A stretch of 62,020 nt of DNA, counting the filler, from Choristocarpus tenellus KU-1152 (Eukaryota; Protista; Phaeophyceae): assembly GCA_964200185.2 (NCBI GenBank). It is 13 parts of 13 records of this genome, joined end to end, with 100 filler letters (N's around TTAATTAATTAA, not from the genome) between each part and the next. Parts side by side here need not be neighbours in the genome. Positions count along the whole stretch, not along the records: positions 11,217 to 14,514 come from CAXNAD020020955.1; positions 14,615 to 17,218 come from CAXNAD020026355.1; positions 17,319 to 20,053 come from CAXNAD020025198.1; positions 20,154 to 23,456 come from CAXNAD020020927.1; positions 23,557 to 32,972 come from CAXNAD020003692.1; 8 more parts are not named here. One strand, 5' to 3'. Shown in pieces: positions 13,917-26,700 of this stretch (its first letter is position 1; every line of letters starts with the position of its first letter). A program made the translations under genes and the position numbers. The notes under the pieces are model-generated. The model was not told where the DNA came from, made no database searches, and was given only the letters and a program-made list of their open reading frames with translations.

Positions 13917-14664
13917 GGGTTGAAGAAATAGACATTGCAGAGCAAGGAAAATCTCTTTCAGTTCAAACATCAACAACTGGGGTTCCTGACTATCTGGTTC
14001 AATGGAAACGTTGTTCGCATATCAATATTTGGCAATCCCTATAACTGATCCTTACTGCTTGCAGATGGATTAGGGGCCGGGGGTGGAAATATATATAGGA
14101 TTAGGGTAGGGAAGGTTCTCAACACTGGGTTGGTTTTACATAAACGCAGTTTTCACACACCCAGTGCAGATGGAATAGTAGTCACAGTCCTGAAGCTTGT
14201 AGGTAGATGCTGAGGCTCCATGACTGCAACATAATGACGCATCAAATGTGCTGGATCTCACTCTGATTAACTTGGTGGTTTGATCAAGAACACAGACAAA
14301 CTGGAGCTTGGGGTATTTATGGCCCATAATGACTAAAAATAATTACGCCAATAATCCCAATATATAAAATCTAGAAGTGCAAGTCAAAAAATCTAGGGGG
14401 GGGGGATGGTTTGCGAGGGGGCGTCCGTTTCGGTTAAACAACTTTTTTTTTGCTGACATTTCAAATCCGACATGTGCGACCAAATCACACCAAAAAAACG
14501 GACGCCGACACCCCNNNNNNNNNNNNNNNNNNNNNNNNNNNNNNNNNNNNNNNNNNNNTTAATTAATTAANNNNNNNNNNNNNNNNNNNNNNNNNNNNNN
14601 NNNNNNNNNNNNNNCTTTCTATTTTCTTGTCTTCCTTTATGTCTTTTTCTTTGGGGATTTGTGG

Positions 14665-14696
<32 letters not shown>

Positions 14697-14767
14697 TGCA
14701 TAGGGTGCCCCAGCAGAGCCCCTCCTGTCCGCAGTCCTTCATGTGATACCACTCCTCAATGGGATAG

Positions 14768-17218
14768 GCACGTACTCTGCGGATGGACTGGAGTACCTGG
14801 CCACACAGCCATCCCTTAGAAGTCTCCTGCGCACCCTTTGTGTACGTGCCCCTGATACAGAGGTGAGACGGGCAGCTTGTGGACTGCTATTCCGAGGATG
14901 CAAGCAGCAAGAACAGAGCTTTTTCCGGTGTGATCGACGGAGGCAACTATTCTCACAACACCAGGGACAACACTACCCACCAAATCTGATCTGTTCGGTG
15001 CCAGGGTCTGCATCTAAGTCTCAACCCATTCCTCAGCCAACTGCCCTTCCTAGTAGGACAGTGCCTCTCCCAATACCTTTGTGTGTTACTGGTATGTCAA
15101 CTACGGGGAGAGCTGGGGGTGAAACTAAAGACAGAGGCGGTGGTGGTGATAGTGAAAGCAGTGGGGGAGAGGGAGTCCAGGGTTCCATGGCCTCTCTGTT
15201 CCTGTCTCACCTGTTGCCAGTGTTATCCCGAGTGACGACCACAGCAGCTGCTGCAAAGATGAACTTGTCCCCTGAGTGTCTCGGCAGGGGTTCTAGAGAG
15301 TTGAGCTTTGCTAACAGAAGCAAGTATGGTGGGAGTGGCGTTGTTCCTCCTATAGTTGTTCCCCGGGACCACATGGTAGAGGTGGTGGGGCTGGTTGGTG
15401 GGTTGGTACATGTGAAACTCAACTCACTACAACATAGGCAATGGCGATCGTTGGCAAGAGGTGGAGAGTTTTATGATTCGATTGCAATGACCACCCCGTT
15501 GGATGGTTCTGAATCGCCTTCTGACGGATCCTCAAGGAGATTGCTGTCAATTTCACCATTAACCTTGACCTCACCATTTAGAGCAGAGGAGGAGAAAGGT
15601 ACCTTACCGGTGGGACTCCAGGGGAGAGAGTCAACGGAGGCTAGGGCAGAGTATGATATTGTAGTGGCAAAGACAGACGCAGAGGTGGCAGCAGATCCTG
15701 GAGGTGTAATACAGGCAAGGATTGAAGCTGATAAGGTGCTGGAGGAGACATTGAAGTTGCTGCTCACCCATGAGTTCACGGAAACATTCAGGTGCAAAGA
15801 ACTGAGTTGAGGGGAGGAGGGAAAGAGGAGACGAGGGAGGGGAATTGCCATGATATGTGCAGCACTTGATAATAGTACAACGCTGCATGACATTCCAATT
15901 GGTTTGTGAACTAAAAGTCATCTCGGTGGGGTTAGAACCCCCCTCTCTCCTCTATATTTTTTGTGCCGGTGTAGAGAGTGTTTTTGGTCTTATCTAACCT
16001 AAATTGATTAGTTATTTGAGGTACATTAGTGATACATCAATGACGGAGTGTGGGACATGGTTGTGAGAGTCAATATTTGCAATTAATAGGATGGCCTTTG
16101 AGCTCCGGTTGAGCTAATAGGAGGGTTTAGACATGCACGTGTCCTATCCTGTTCATTTATGTGTTATCGATATTGACAACAATCTAAGGGGCCAAGGGTA
16201 GGAGTTGCATCCAATATGCCCCGAGAGTGGACCATGTCCTTTTTCATCAAATATTGTTTGGTTTCATGGTCTCAGTGACCCCAGGTGGGAAACAAACAGC
16301 AACTGGATGGGGGGTGTCTGTCAATGTTTGGGTGAAGCACAGAATAGTTTTTCAAATTATTCTGTAACTGATTACCCCTTAGACAACTTTATTGATCTTT
16401 CTGCAGCCCGCCCCCTTGGTAATTCCTAATGCCCTTGACTGCCTCTATACCGTGATACTCTTATAGTCGCTGACGTGCTTGCTCCTCCCTTGCTATACCG
16501 TGATACTCTCTTTCCCACTGCCACAACAATGTCATCATTATTTGTGGGGGGAATGCTTTTTGTTTTGTGTGTGTTGGTCCATGGCAATGGTGGGGTCACA
16601 GATCGGACAAGCCGGACAATCTCCTCATCAGCCTGTTTCACACTATCACTGCGGCGATAACGGGCGATAGACATAGGAAGAGAAAGGCAGAGGCCCTTTT
16701 TGCAGGACATCAAACTCCACCCTGTAGCCCTATCCCTTCCCCATCGCCATCCACATTTTTCCAGACCTTCTCCAATGAAGTATGCACCCGTGGAGCTGGG
16801 GCAGGGGCAGGGACAGGTAAAGACCACGTCTCAAAGGGATTGGTCTGGTTCCTGTTCACCGCATGCCTCTTTCCTCCCATGCCTGTGGATCTTGCACAGC
16901 ATGACTCCACCATACCTGACCCGATGCTCCACTCGGGGCAAGAAGTGAGGGCCAGGGGTGCTGGGAATGGTGCTGGGACACCTCGGTTGGGTGTACAAGG
17001 GGTTGTGGTGGCGGCGGGGGGAAAGGCTGTTGCAGAGAGTTCTCTGGGACCCAAGTGCAAGACTCGTGAATCTCGCCGATCAGCATTTGCTTTGGTAGCT
17101 GCATTGTGTGACAATGTCCCTGAGCATGTCCAGCTAGTTCTAAAACTTATAGGTGGGCAGGATCTGGTGAAGGAGGATTTACTACGTGAGGATGCAGAGG
17201 GGGAGGAAGGAGGGGGTG
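14768..17218 (+). CDS. USP9/24/34-family ubiquitin-specific protease, region just upstream of the catalytic domain; partial, 2 exons
   Basis: Exons ~14768-15791 and 16602-17218; phase-2 GT-AG join gives HEFTETFR|SDKPDNLLISLF. LVWFLFTACLFPP...GPKCKTRESRRSAFALVAALC resembles the USP34 segment PKCKSHSSRAAAYDLLVEM that precedes the USP domain. Confidence 0.75.
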
Positions 17219-17318
17219 NNNNNNNNNNNNNNNNNNNNNNNNNNNNNNNNNNNNNNNNNNNNTTAATTAATTAANNNNNNNNNNNNNNNNNNNNNNNNNN
17301 NNNNNNNNNNNNNNNNNN

Positions 17319-19311
17319 CATGGTGATAATGAAGGACACGATGGCCGCTGTGAGGGCAACGCCTGCCATGTCCATCATATACAACAACGATCCTTCCCCC
17401 TTGTTAAACCGAGGAGGCGTGAATGGTGGTAGACCTGCAGGAATGTGCCCGACAATGCTCACGCCGTAATGCCCTTCCATATCACCTAGAAAACCGAGAA
17501 GACAGCAGACAGGCAGACAGGCAGGCCGCGATGCGGAGGCAAGAGGGCAGGCAAGAGTCAGTCTCCAGTCACCAGTCACCAGTCAAGACATCACGCTACA
17601 CCTCCAAGAAAATTAGAACACAACCATATATACGCATTCCCATTCATGCAAGCACACCACCTTTAATATACGTGAATTTACAGGCACTTGAAAAAATGAC
17701 CCCCCAAAAAAACAAACAAGTCAAAGGTCCGCAGGAGGAGGGTGGGGGTAGGGGAGAGAGAATAGGGGGCAAGAGCAAGAGCAGGGAAGCAAAGGAATCT
17801 AATGGACAAAGAAGCAAGTTGTAACCGCAAACACAACAGGAGTTAGGGTTCACACGAGTTAGTAATTCCCAAGAGATCTCCACAAAAAGTGTGAGTTGAG
17901 TCACAGGTTGACCTTTATTCCAAGTTTGCTGAAGGAAGTTTGACTAAAGCAAGGCTTGCCCAAAATACCAACCCCCCACCACCGACTTATCTCCCTATCC
18001 TTCATACTCCAACCTCTCTCCATGCCTCCCCAGGCAGAGACGACCCTTGCCGTTGATACATCTAGGGGGGGGGGGGGCATGCCTTGTGCCACAACCGTTC
18101 TGTTCTTACTGGACATTTTTAGAAGGACAACAAAACAACAAAACACAACTCCTCTCCCCCTCCTCGTCAACTTTCTACCCAGCAACGCACAAAATCTCTC
18201 TGAAAACCAAAGCTCATCCATACTTGCAAAAGGAGTAAAAAAATGCTGATGAGGTATGACAGCAACTACCCCAACAAACTTCCCCCTACATCCTCCATTG
18301 CCCCTCACAAGCAGCAAGTCAAACAAGAGAGGTGGGAAGGGTACAGCACAGCGTAGCATTCAAAGTGAAGTTAGTCTACAGATCAATTGACTAACCCCCC
18401 CCCCACTGCCCCCCCCCGACAATATTATATTCTAACCAACACCAGGGTAACGGTCAAGCTCAAAACAATACATAAACTGTCAGATTATCATATTCTGGAA
18501 AGAAAAAACTCCACAAGATACTTCCACGCCCATCTGCCTCATAAATATCCCCGTCCTATCCCCACCCCCAAGAAATCAGAAAAAGAAATCTCACTACTTA
18601 CCCAACCAAGACACAGCTGTCGCTATCACCACCACTAGCAACGCCTCCGGCAAGAAGAAACCCGTCACCCCACGGCTCTTCAAGACATGATTGCAATGCC
18701 GGAAGGTGAAGTACAAAATCATAGAAACCACCCCAATCGTCACAGAGCTCCAATTGATATCTTCCCGAGAGTCCCAGGCGTGCATAAGTGTCCCATAAAC
18801 CCCAGAGTGTCCAGAATGTTGAATCTGGAGGAACGAGCAAACCTGTGTATACAGTACGTTTTGTTTCCAGGGTGGAGTTGTTGAGGTGATGTCTGTGGTA
18901 GGCGATACATGCCCCTGACATGTACTACAGCGTAGTACTCCTTTTTTTTTTTCCTCACACTGTCATAGGGTCACATCAACACAATGCAATTATTTTTTCT
19001 GTTTATTTCTTGGCCTTCAGAGTTAGGGCCCTATTGCTATTGGCACAAACACATACATTTCATTTTGCACCACCAACATGATATGTTCTCGAGATTGGTA
19101 TCCCAAACAATAATCACACAAAAAACAGGACGCATTTTTGTCCCTTTCTGCCAGAGTTACAGTGATCAATGCCGTTAATATTGCAATTATCCTCACAACA
19201 CAGTAGAACTTCCCCCTTTCCCTTCTCTTCCCTCGGTTTTTTCCTTGCCTGACTATTCCCCACCAGGATGGCGCTGGCTGTGACAAACCCACTAATCACC
19301 GGATCAGCCAG
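17319..19311 (-). CDS. SLC26/SulP-family sulfate/anion transporter; partial, 3 exons
   Basis: Exons 19311-19249 (LADPVISGFVTASAILVGNSQ), 18842-18602 (VCSFLQIQ...DINWSSVTIGVVSMIL...LPEALLVVVIATAVSWL) and 17485-17319 (GDMEGHYGVSIVGHIPAGLPPFTPP). PVIxGF, SQ, PxxLxVVV and VGxIPxGLP are SulP hallmarks; phases are compatible. Confidence 0.9.
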
Positions 19312-19509
19312 CTGTGGGCAGGGATGGGAGAGGAAAAGAGAGAGAGAGAGAGTGAGAGAGAAATAGAAAGGAGGGGATTTAAAGGGGTGGGTTGGAAGGA
19401 AAGGCAAACATACAGCCAGCTGTGCGCAAGCATGTGCCTTAGAAAGGGAGAGAGAGAGAGAGAGAGAGGACTCTATTGGGACTATTTTGTGTTCATTACA
19501 TTACAGTAT

Positions 19510-19776
19510 GACCCACAGTATTGTAAGAGGGTAGGGCCAAGTCCATTTGGGGTCATAAATCCAATGTTGCGATTTTGATAGCTGGTGTAGCTAGTAGGGC
19601 CAAGTCAATCATCTTGCTCCGGACACACCTTTTCGTAGTCGTACTCTGAAATGTTTCAAAGTAGGTAAACTGTGTTCACACAGAAAAACCGAAAATGGGC
19701 GTAAAAAACCCTGAGGGAAGCCAAGCCCCAAATGGACGACAGGGCAAAACTCCTACCCTTTTAAATGCTTTGACTC
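19510..19776 (+). mobile_element. MITE family A, degenerate copy
   Basis: Shares internal motifs (gtccatttgggg, gacacacctttt, agccccaaatggac) and decayed TIRs with the copies at 20392 and 27843. Confidence 0.75.
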
Positions 19777-20391
19777 TAGAGTAGAGTATGTCAGGTACAA
19801 GAATAGAGACAATTCTTGCTGAAACTGGCAAAGCGGACCTCTCAAAAAAACACCCAAGTTGACAGCTTTCAAAGCAGCAGTAGAGTGTCGTTCTTGTTCG
19901 TTGCACGCAGTCTTCTAAACGCATGTATGAATAACTGTTTCAAGTGCTCTACTTAACCGTAACCCTAGGCATGCCTACCTCTGAGCTCTGTTTCATTCTT
20001 TCAGGAGTGTGAAGAAGTGGTTTTTGGAGGGATGCGAAGTGAAGGAGACCCCCNNNNNNNNNNNNNNNNNNNNNNNNNNNNNNNNNNNNNNNNNNNNTTA
20101 ATTAATTAANNNNNNNNNNNNNNNNNNNNNNNNNNNNNNNNNNNNNNNNNNNNACCCCCTACCCCCCCCCTTCCCTAGCAAAGTCACTGCTTCACTGGCA
20201 AGAAACTTGAGGTGTTACCAGGAACTTGGTTTGAGGGAAGGGAAGATAAGTACGAGTCCGTCTATGATGCCTTCAGTGCCACTATGACAGGGGTCTCTTA
20301 GAGTGTAAACAGGGGGATCCTAACCCTAATTCTAATCCTCAGTAATACAACAACATATTTCATAAAGATAAAAAAGAAAAAACTAATTTCA

Positions 20392-20654
20392 GAGTCAAAG
20401 TATCTTAAGAAGGTAGAGCCGCGCCCATTTGGGAGTCAAAATCCAACGTCATAATTTTGGTAAAATTTTGTCGATCATTTTTGTTAGGAAATGTCAACAT
20501 CCTTGTTCCAGACACACCTTTTCATAACATACACATAGTACCTACTCCAAAACATTTTGTTGGAGTAGGTAAAATGTAATTAAAAACCCGTGGGAAGTCA
20601 AGCCCCAAATGGACAAACTGGGAAAAACTTATTCCCTCTAAGATACTTTCACTC
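20392..20654 (+). mobile_element. MITE family A (~260 bp), TIR GAGTSAAAGTATCTTAGAGGGTA, 4-bp TSD TTCA
   Basis: Left end gagtcaaagtatcttaagaaggta, right end ttccctctaagatactttcactc; TTCA at 20388-20391 and 20655-20658. Confidence 0.85.
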
Positions 20655-21549
20655 TTCACCCAAACTCTAATTTGCAATGATAATACAACAGTTTATAGTA
20701 AAGTAAAAACAAAAACAAAACAACCCTAACCCTAACCCTCCACAACAGGACAATAAAATTAGAAAAAAAAACAAGCGCCGATAAGGACCCCAACACGTAC
20801 TTGAAAGGAAACATCAAGAGGCTGAAAAGGATACTTGAAAAAATACATATGGAAACCACAACAATTCGATACGATAGCCTTGCTTCCGCTAAAAAATATA
20901 CATACATAAACATACAAAAAGGGTAGCAGCCTATTGTAGAATAGCAGCGAAAGACATTTAACTAAAAAATGGAGATGGATCAAAAACCAATCAGACTCTC
21001 TTTCAGTTGCATACATGATTGATACCTTAACATACATATCCACTCTAGTGTGTGGCGGTATGTGGACGAAAGTGACAGTAATATCTGTACTGCTGTCTTG
21101 TCAAGTTTGGCAATTGAATGATTTGACTTGTACCACCAACCTCTATGTACAAAAAAAAAGGAGGAAGAGTAGTAACAAACACACTTGGTTTTGTTCGTTT
21201 TGAAAGGAATCATATTTAGAACACACACACACACACACACACAATGATTGTTTAGGGGAGCATAACATACAGGCACCTCATCAGCGCAGTTTCAAGAGGA
21301 CATCAATTGATTGGTGATAGAGAAACAAAAATTACGGTCCATTCACAACCCCCTAACAACCTCAGCACATGAGGTGACCAATGATGTGCACCCCTCGTCA
21401 AGGGTATGTACTCACTAGATACACACCACACGGCATGTGGACATGTGAACAAACTAAATCAAGCATCAAGCTGTCCCTTCCTTACAAGTCTCGCACTACC
21501 ATCTGCCCCTCCCCCACCCCCCAACAATCACTCCAGATGGCGGTTGTTT

Positions 21550-22750
21550 TTCTTCGACAAACCTCCAAAGCAGAACACGGAAAGGACAAACAAGCAATGT
21601 TGAAACCTAAGGAAAAAATTACATGTTTCAACACCAATCGAAAAGGGGTTCTGTTTATGTTCACCAAAGGAAGTAGCTGGGCGAATCACATATCACTATG
21701 TTTCGAAGTTGTTCAAGAGGCAACATATCCACCCCTCTCTCCAACAAGTCGTTGTTCGCTGTACTTCCTTCAACCAAATGGTGGCAGAATTACCTTAACA
21801 CACAACAGTCAACTTTACAATAAGAATGGATTCCCAACGTAAAAATAACGATGCATTTTGAAATCAAATGACTTCATGTTCCTCAACAGCGGCTACACCT
21901 GTTTTCGGCGCCTACGTTCTACGTTTCCCCTAACGGAAGAAATATGAATGCTTCGACTTATTCAAGCAATCGCTTTTCCGCATTCCAATACCTGGTCTAG
22001 GCTCAGCAACTAAGGGTGGAGACATGCCAAGTTCTGGGTGGGATAAGCCCACAGCGTTGCCACACCAACATCGTAAGGGCCGAAAAGATAGTTCCCCATC
22101 ACTTACTTGGTGCTTGTTGTTCTTTCCAGGGCCTGTCTCCCTGTCACTTGGTCCCGCCCCGTCTGCCCTTCCCACTGAAGCCCGCGCACCAGCTCCTGCC
22201 CTGATCGCGGAGCCTCTGTTCGATGTCCCAGAAGGAGCTGTGGCTGAGCCGGAGGCACCCGATACGCTGCCGTTCCCCATGACGAGTGCCCGTGCTGCCA
22301 TGCTCGAGGGTCGCATAGAACGCCTTTCCTGCTGAAAAGAGTGTGAGAGATTTACAGACGGATCAAACTCGTCCCGCCTGTGATAAGAATGCCCCACAAA
22401 AGCTTTAGATGAACATCACAATAATACCCATTGACCCAACCAATTGGCTACTTCATCACTTGCCATCAAATCCACCATCAGATCGTGGCAACTTCAACTC
22501 GGAAGCATCGTGAGCTGTCCTGTGTGAGACCTGACTGGTCCATGGTCGGCAAGTCTGTGAGAGAGGACGTCGTGTTGGGTATCACCTCCATGCATTGTTC
22601 ACCTTATCGAGCTCGATTTGCTTACCTTAGGAGCTTGAAGGGGTACATCATCCAGCCAATCGCTTGCCACACGCTTCATCACTTCGAGATCAGACGCCTG
22701 AGACTCGATCGTCCTAATCTCTGGTCAGAGGAGAGAAACACTTCAGTTTG
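21550..22750 (-). mobile_element. Possible highly degenerate Ty1/Copia gag-protease remnant
   Basis: Minus-strand RCWCGNAVG (decayed zinc knuckle after a Gly/Ser/Arg-rich linker), followed by FRLVLKHVIFSLGFNIA, which resembles the Copia LxDVLYVPxLGFNLLS segment. Many stops; weak. Confidence 0.3.
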
Positions 22751-23274
22751 ACGTAAGGCAATTCCAATCCGTTGGACCTAGGTTGTCTGGTATGAAGCAA
22801 TGACCGGTTCTCTTCAATCAGGAGCCCCACTACAAACTACAAGTCCCCATACACCTGACTCCAGATCCTATATCCTACAGTGTCGTTCGCCTACCCCCTA
22901 CCCACCCAAGGGTTTTGGGGACGACGAAAAGAGGTAGAAGCTAACTTGACTAGAAGGAGGGTTTTTCGCTCAAACTGAGGAATCACCCTGCTCCTCCAAA
23001 ATACTCTGCAAGGCTCTACAAAAAGGGTTCGATCCCCTCTCAAAATCTTCTACTTAACTGTTGCTTGTGTGCATCATCTCCGTTGTGTGTTCTGAGAGTC
23101 TATATCAACCTTGTGATGATCTAAGCTGCGCTAGAAACCCTGTAGCGCTACGAAAAGTGACCTACACATAGAAAGTATCTTTTGTTTTGCTCACGAATTC
23201 TGGATTATTATTATTCTTTTATTTCTATTTTTTCATTCCTCCCTAATCCTCTTCTCTCCCTATAACAACCCTTG

Positions 23275-23456
23275 TGACCAACCAGTGCGACCTCTTCGCC
23301 CCTGGTTTCCAGCCACTGCACCTCTGATGACCAACCAGGGCAAAACCCATTTTGCCGCTGATTTCCAGCCACCCCAACTCTGATGACCAACCAGGGCAAA
23401 CCCCTTTTGCCACTGATTTCCAGCCACCCCAACTCTGATGACCAACCAGGGCAAAC
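23275..23456. repeat. Minisatellite, 53-56-bp unit, just over 3 copies, truncated by the contig end
   Basis: Unit tgaccaaccagggcaaa(a/c)cc...ttttgcc(g/a)ctgatttccagccaccccaactctga. Confidence 0.9.
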
Positions 23457-23766
23457 NNNNNNNNNNNNNNNNNNNNNNNNNNNNNNNNNNNNNNNNNNNN
23501 TTAATTAATTAANNNNNNNNNNNNNNNNNNNNNNNNNNNNNNNNNNNNNNNNNNNNGAGTATTAGTAATCAGCTAAGAAAAAAAAAACATGTCGTCATGT
23601 GACGCTATATACGATATCTGTCACAACACACACCAAAGGTCTCAGAGTTTTGGATGACGCCGTGCAATAGCTTGGTATCGTGTCGCCTGACCCTTTATTT
23701 GTCTCTCAAATTTGACTTGCCCCTTGTCGCCTCCTTGCACATTCCAACCTGACCTCTGTTTGCGAG

Positions 23767-26700
23767 GAAGGTGAGTCAGATCTTGAAAGTGGCAGGGATA
23801 CCCATGCTAGGAGGGGAGACACGGGAACAGTGTCGGCGTCTCCCGCCATTAGTCCACCTGGGGATATGCTAGAGGAAGCCGAAACAAATCTCAGAGCTCT
23901 TCAGGGTGAGCGTGAGCGAGTGTGTAAGGACTTGGAGAACGAAGCCAAAGCTTTCCTTAACTCAGGCTGTACCACGCCAGAGCGGATCAAGCGCTTTCAC
24001 ACCATCTACAACCTGCTGAGGTTTCAGGTACTGTACTACAATATTCCCTTCTCTCGTCGTAGAGCACAGTGCCACTGTATGGCATGTGGTGTAAACAGTT
24101 TTGTATTATTTTTCGAGCATCTTTGAAAGCTTGAGCAGTACATTGAAGTTACCTGGGTCGTTGGGTCACGAAAGACTTAAGACCCCAAGAAGTTTCCCTA
24201 CTACTATCATTTGATCACCTCTTTCCTCGTTGTTGTGCAATGGAAAGGAAGGAATATGGTAATGCGACCCTTTCCTAACAAATACAAAGCCAGTACAAGT
24301 AGGTTAATAGAACTACAGTGGTCCGCTTGTTACTCCTTCTCCGTGACAGCAGTCCACAGGTATACAGTAAATTGTACTACTACTATATACTCCAATGTAC
24401 TGTTTTTCATTATTCGCAATTTTGCGCAAGATCACTGTATTGTAGGTCATATTATTGATACAACGAGAGCTGTCCTGTAAGTGACGGTATTATTTCAAAA
24501 CTGTATAGTATTTATGTGTCCATAACGAGATACTGTGTTGTACAGTGGGGTTTACGGTCAGTAGAGATGGAAAGAACCCGACATTGCTCCAACGTGTCTC
24601 CCTTACCCCTATTAGCGTTTCCCTGCCCTCATCCACGTCCGTACCACAGATCCACAATCACCTTCACCACATGTACTCCCTCTTGCAAGCCAAGCTATCA
24701 GCTATGTCGTTGGTCCAGGTGAGTTGCATTCCAGGCACGAGCACTGTAAGTGAAGATAGACATGACGCGTTTGTGTGGCTGGGACAAAAGATTGAGACTC
24801 TGCAGTCAACCAGGACTGAATATTCAACCAGTTCTTCAATGAGCTTGGTCATTGTGTCTACAACAATATTGTTGTATTATTATGACGTGCATGCAGATCT
24901 TAGCCCCATAAATTCCCTCATCTTTTTGGCATTCGTTTAAACTACCTAACTGAACAGGAGGTTGTCGGCACAACTCTTGAAGATGGTGATGTCCGAGCCC
25001 TCACCATCACTGTCACTAAGGGTAGGATAACAGACGCTACTATCAGGCAAGGAAGCCAGGACATTTTCCAAAAACCAATGGCCTGATTTTCTCTGTACTT
25101 TATAGGGCACGGAGTTCCAAGTCAACAGTTCCCCCCGTTCCACCCTCCTCTCCCCCTCTAATATATATATATTTCGAATGAGGGAGAGGCAGTGGAAATT
25201 TGCAATTGTGGAATAACAAAAGACGAGTATGTATGATCTGTAGTTGTACTTGTTGATATTATTTGTAAACCATAGGGTGTTCTTGCGACTGTGTGCAAGT
25301 GTTAGGTTCATTTCTTTCTTCTTTGCTAGGTTTCAGATTAACCTACACTGAAATGGTAAGATTGAATGGCCCATTGCCCTGAAATTCTTGAAAGAGTCGG
25401 ATTTCCGTGAACTCCCTTTCATGTGTAATGGTGATACCACATGTTGATATGCTCAATAGTGCCAAGATAATTGAAGGAATCAATTGTCCCAAAGTATGCA
25501 TGTTGTCCTCAAAACCAGGATCCATGGAATCTTTTTTTTTAATTCACATGTTTACCCTGCTGCTGTGATGTTGCGACAAACTACGGGAAGAGCAGCTCCC
25601 TTTTTTTCTGTAGGTTATGATTAGTGGTTTAAAGCTTTGATAGTGATCTAGTGCTCAATGCTTACTTGAACAGGTGATCCCATCTTTCGATCCCCAACCT
25701 GCTGTGTGTTGAGAAACATCCTATCGGTTGTAGCCCAAATCGCCCAATATATTATAATTTTATCACAAAGCTTGCACATCTCAAACCTCATGGGAAAAGC
25801 CTGTCTTTGCCATTCCTTGCACTTACCCCCCTTGCTCTCCATCCCCCTTCCCTAAAAAACAAAAGACTGATGGAACGTGGGTTGGAGGCAATGCGTGTCC
25901 TCAACAGCAATAGTGAGGCTAGCAGTAGTGGGGGTGGGGCTTCTATGGTACCCGGTGGGGGTGGAAGTGCAGCCAAGGGGTCATCACCATACACACAAGA
26001 GGATATTGCCGATGATACCAAGAATGGTAAGAATGCCAAGAGGACTCGACTACCTGCAGCAGCTGTCAAGGACATGCGGTGAGAACTGTAGATATGTGTG
26101 ACAGGTGTTGGCTTGCAGTACTCTTGGTACTGTAGATATGTGTGACAGGTGTTGGCTTGCAGTACTCTTGGTACTGTAGATATGTGTGACAGGTGTTGGC
26201 TTGCAGTACTCTTGGTACTTTTCTGCACATTTTCCGCGGTGCTGTAGAGTAGTATAACATATATTTTTTGAGGAGACAAGTTTGAAATTCTGCGTCAGCT
26301 GCTGCGTTCATTTCCAGTCGTTGATGATTCACAGCTGTAGATTGTTTCTGAGGAGGATGTTCTATTCATTGCTTGAGGGTTTGGTTGTGGAGGTTTGACA
26401 AGACTGGTTCGTGCTGTTATTGGCTAAGTGCTACCTTAAATATATTTCTGGATTGTGTAGGATGGAATTTTTATTATGGTCAATTGTTTCGACTTTGCTC
26501 ATCGCCGTTTATGCTACATCTTTTGGTGCTGTTGTCAGGACGTGGCTTCATGAACATTGGCACAACCCTGCCCCAAGTGATGAGGAGAAAATGGCATTTG
26601 CTCGAAAGCACAATATCAAGGTCAAACAGGTGAGCTTTCCATTACTGTCTTCTTGATGTTTAGGAAGATAAAAAAAAGGGTGGTACTCTGTGCATACCAT

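Noticed and set aside
23275-26219. 44-bp and ~55-bp repeats as CRISPR-like arrays
   Set aside because: Head-to-tail tandem units without unique spacers, no cas genes, and a eukaryotic intron context.
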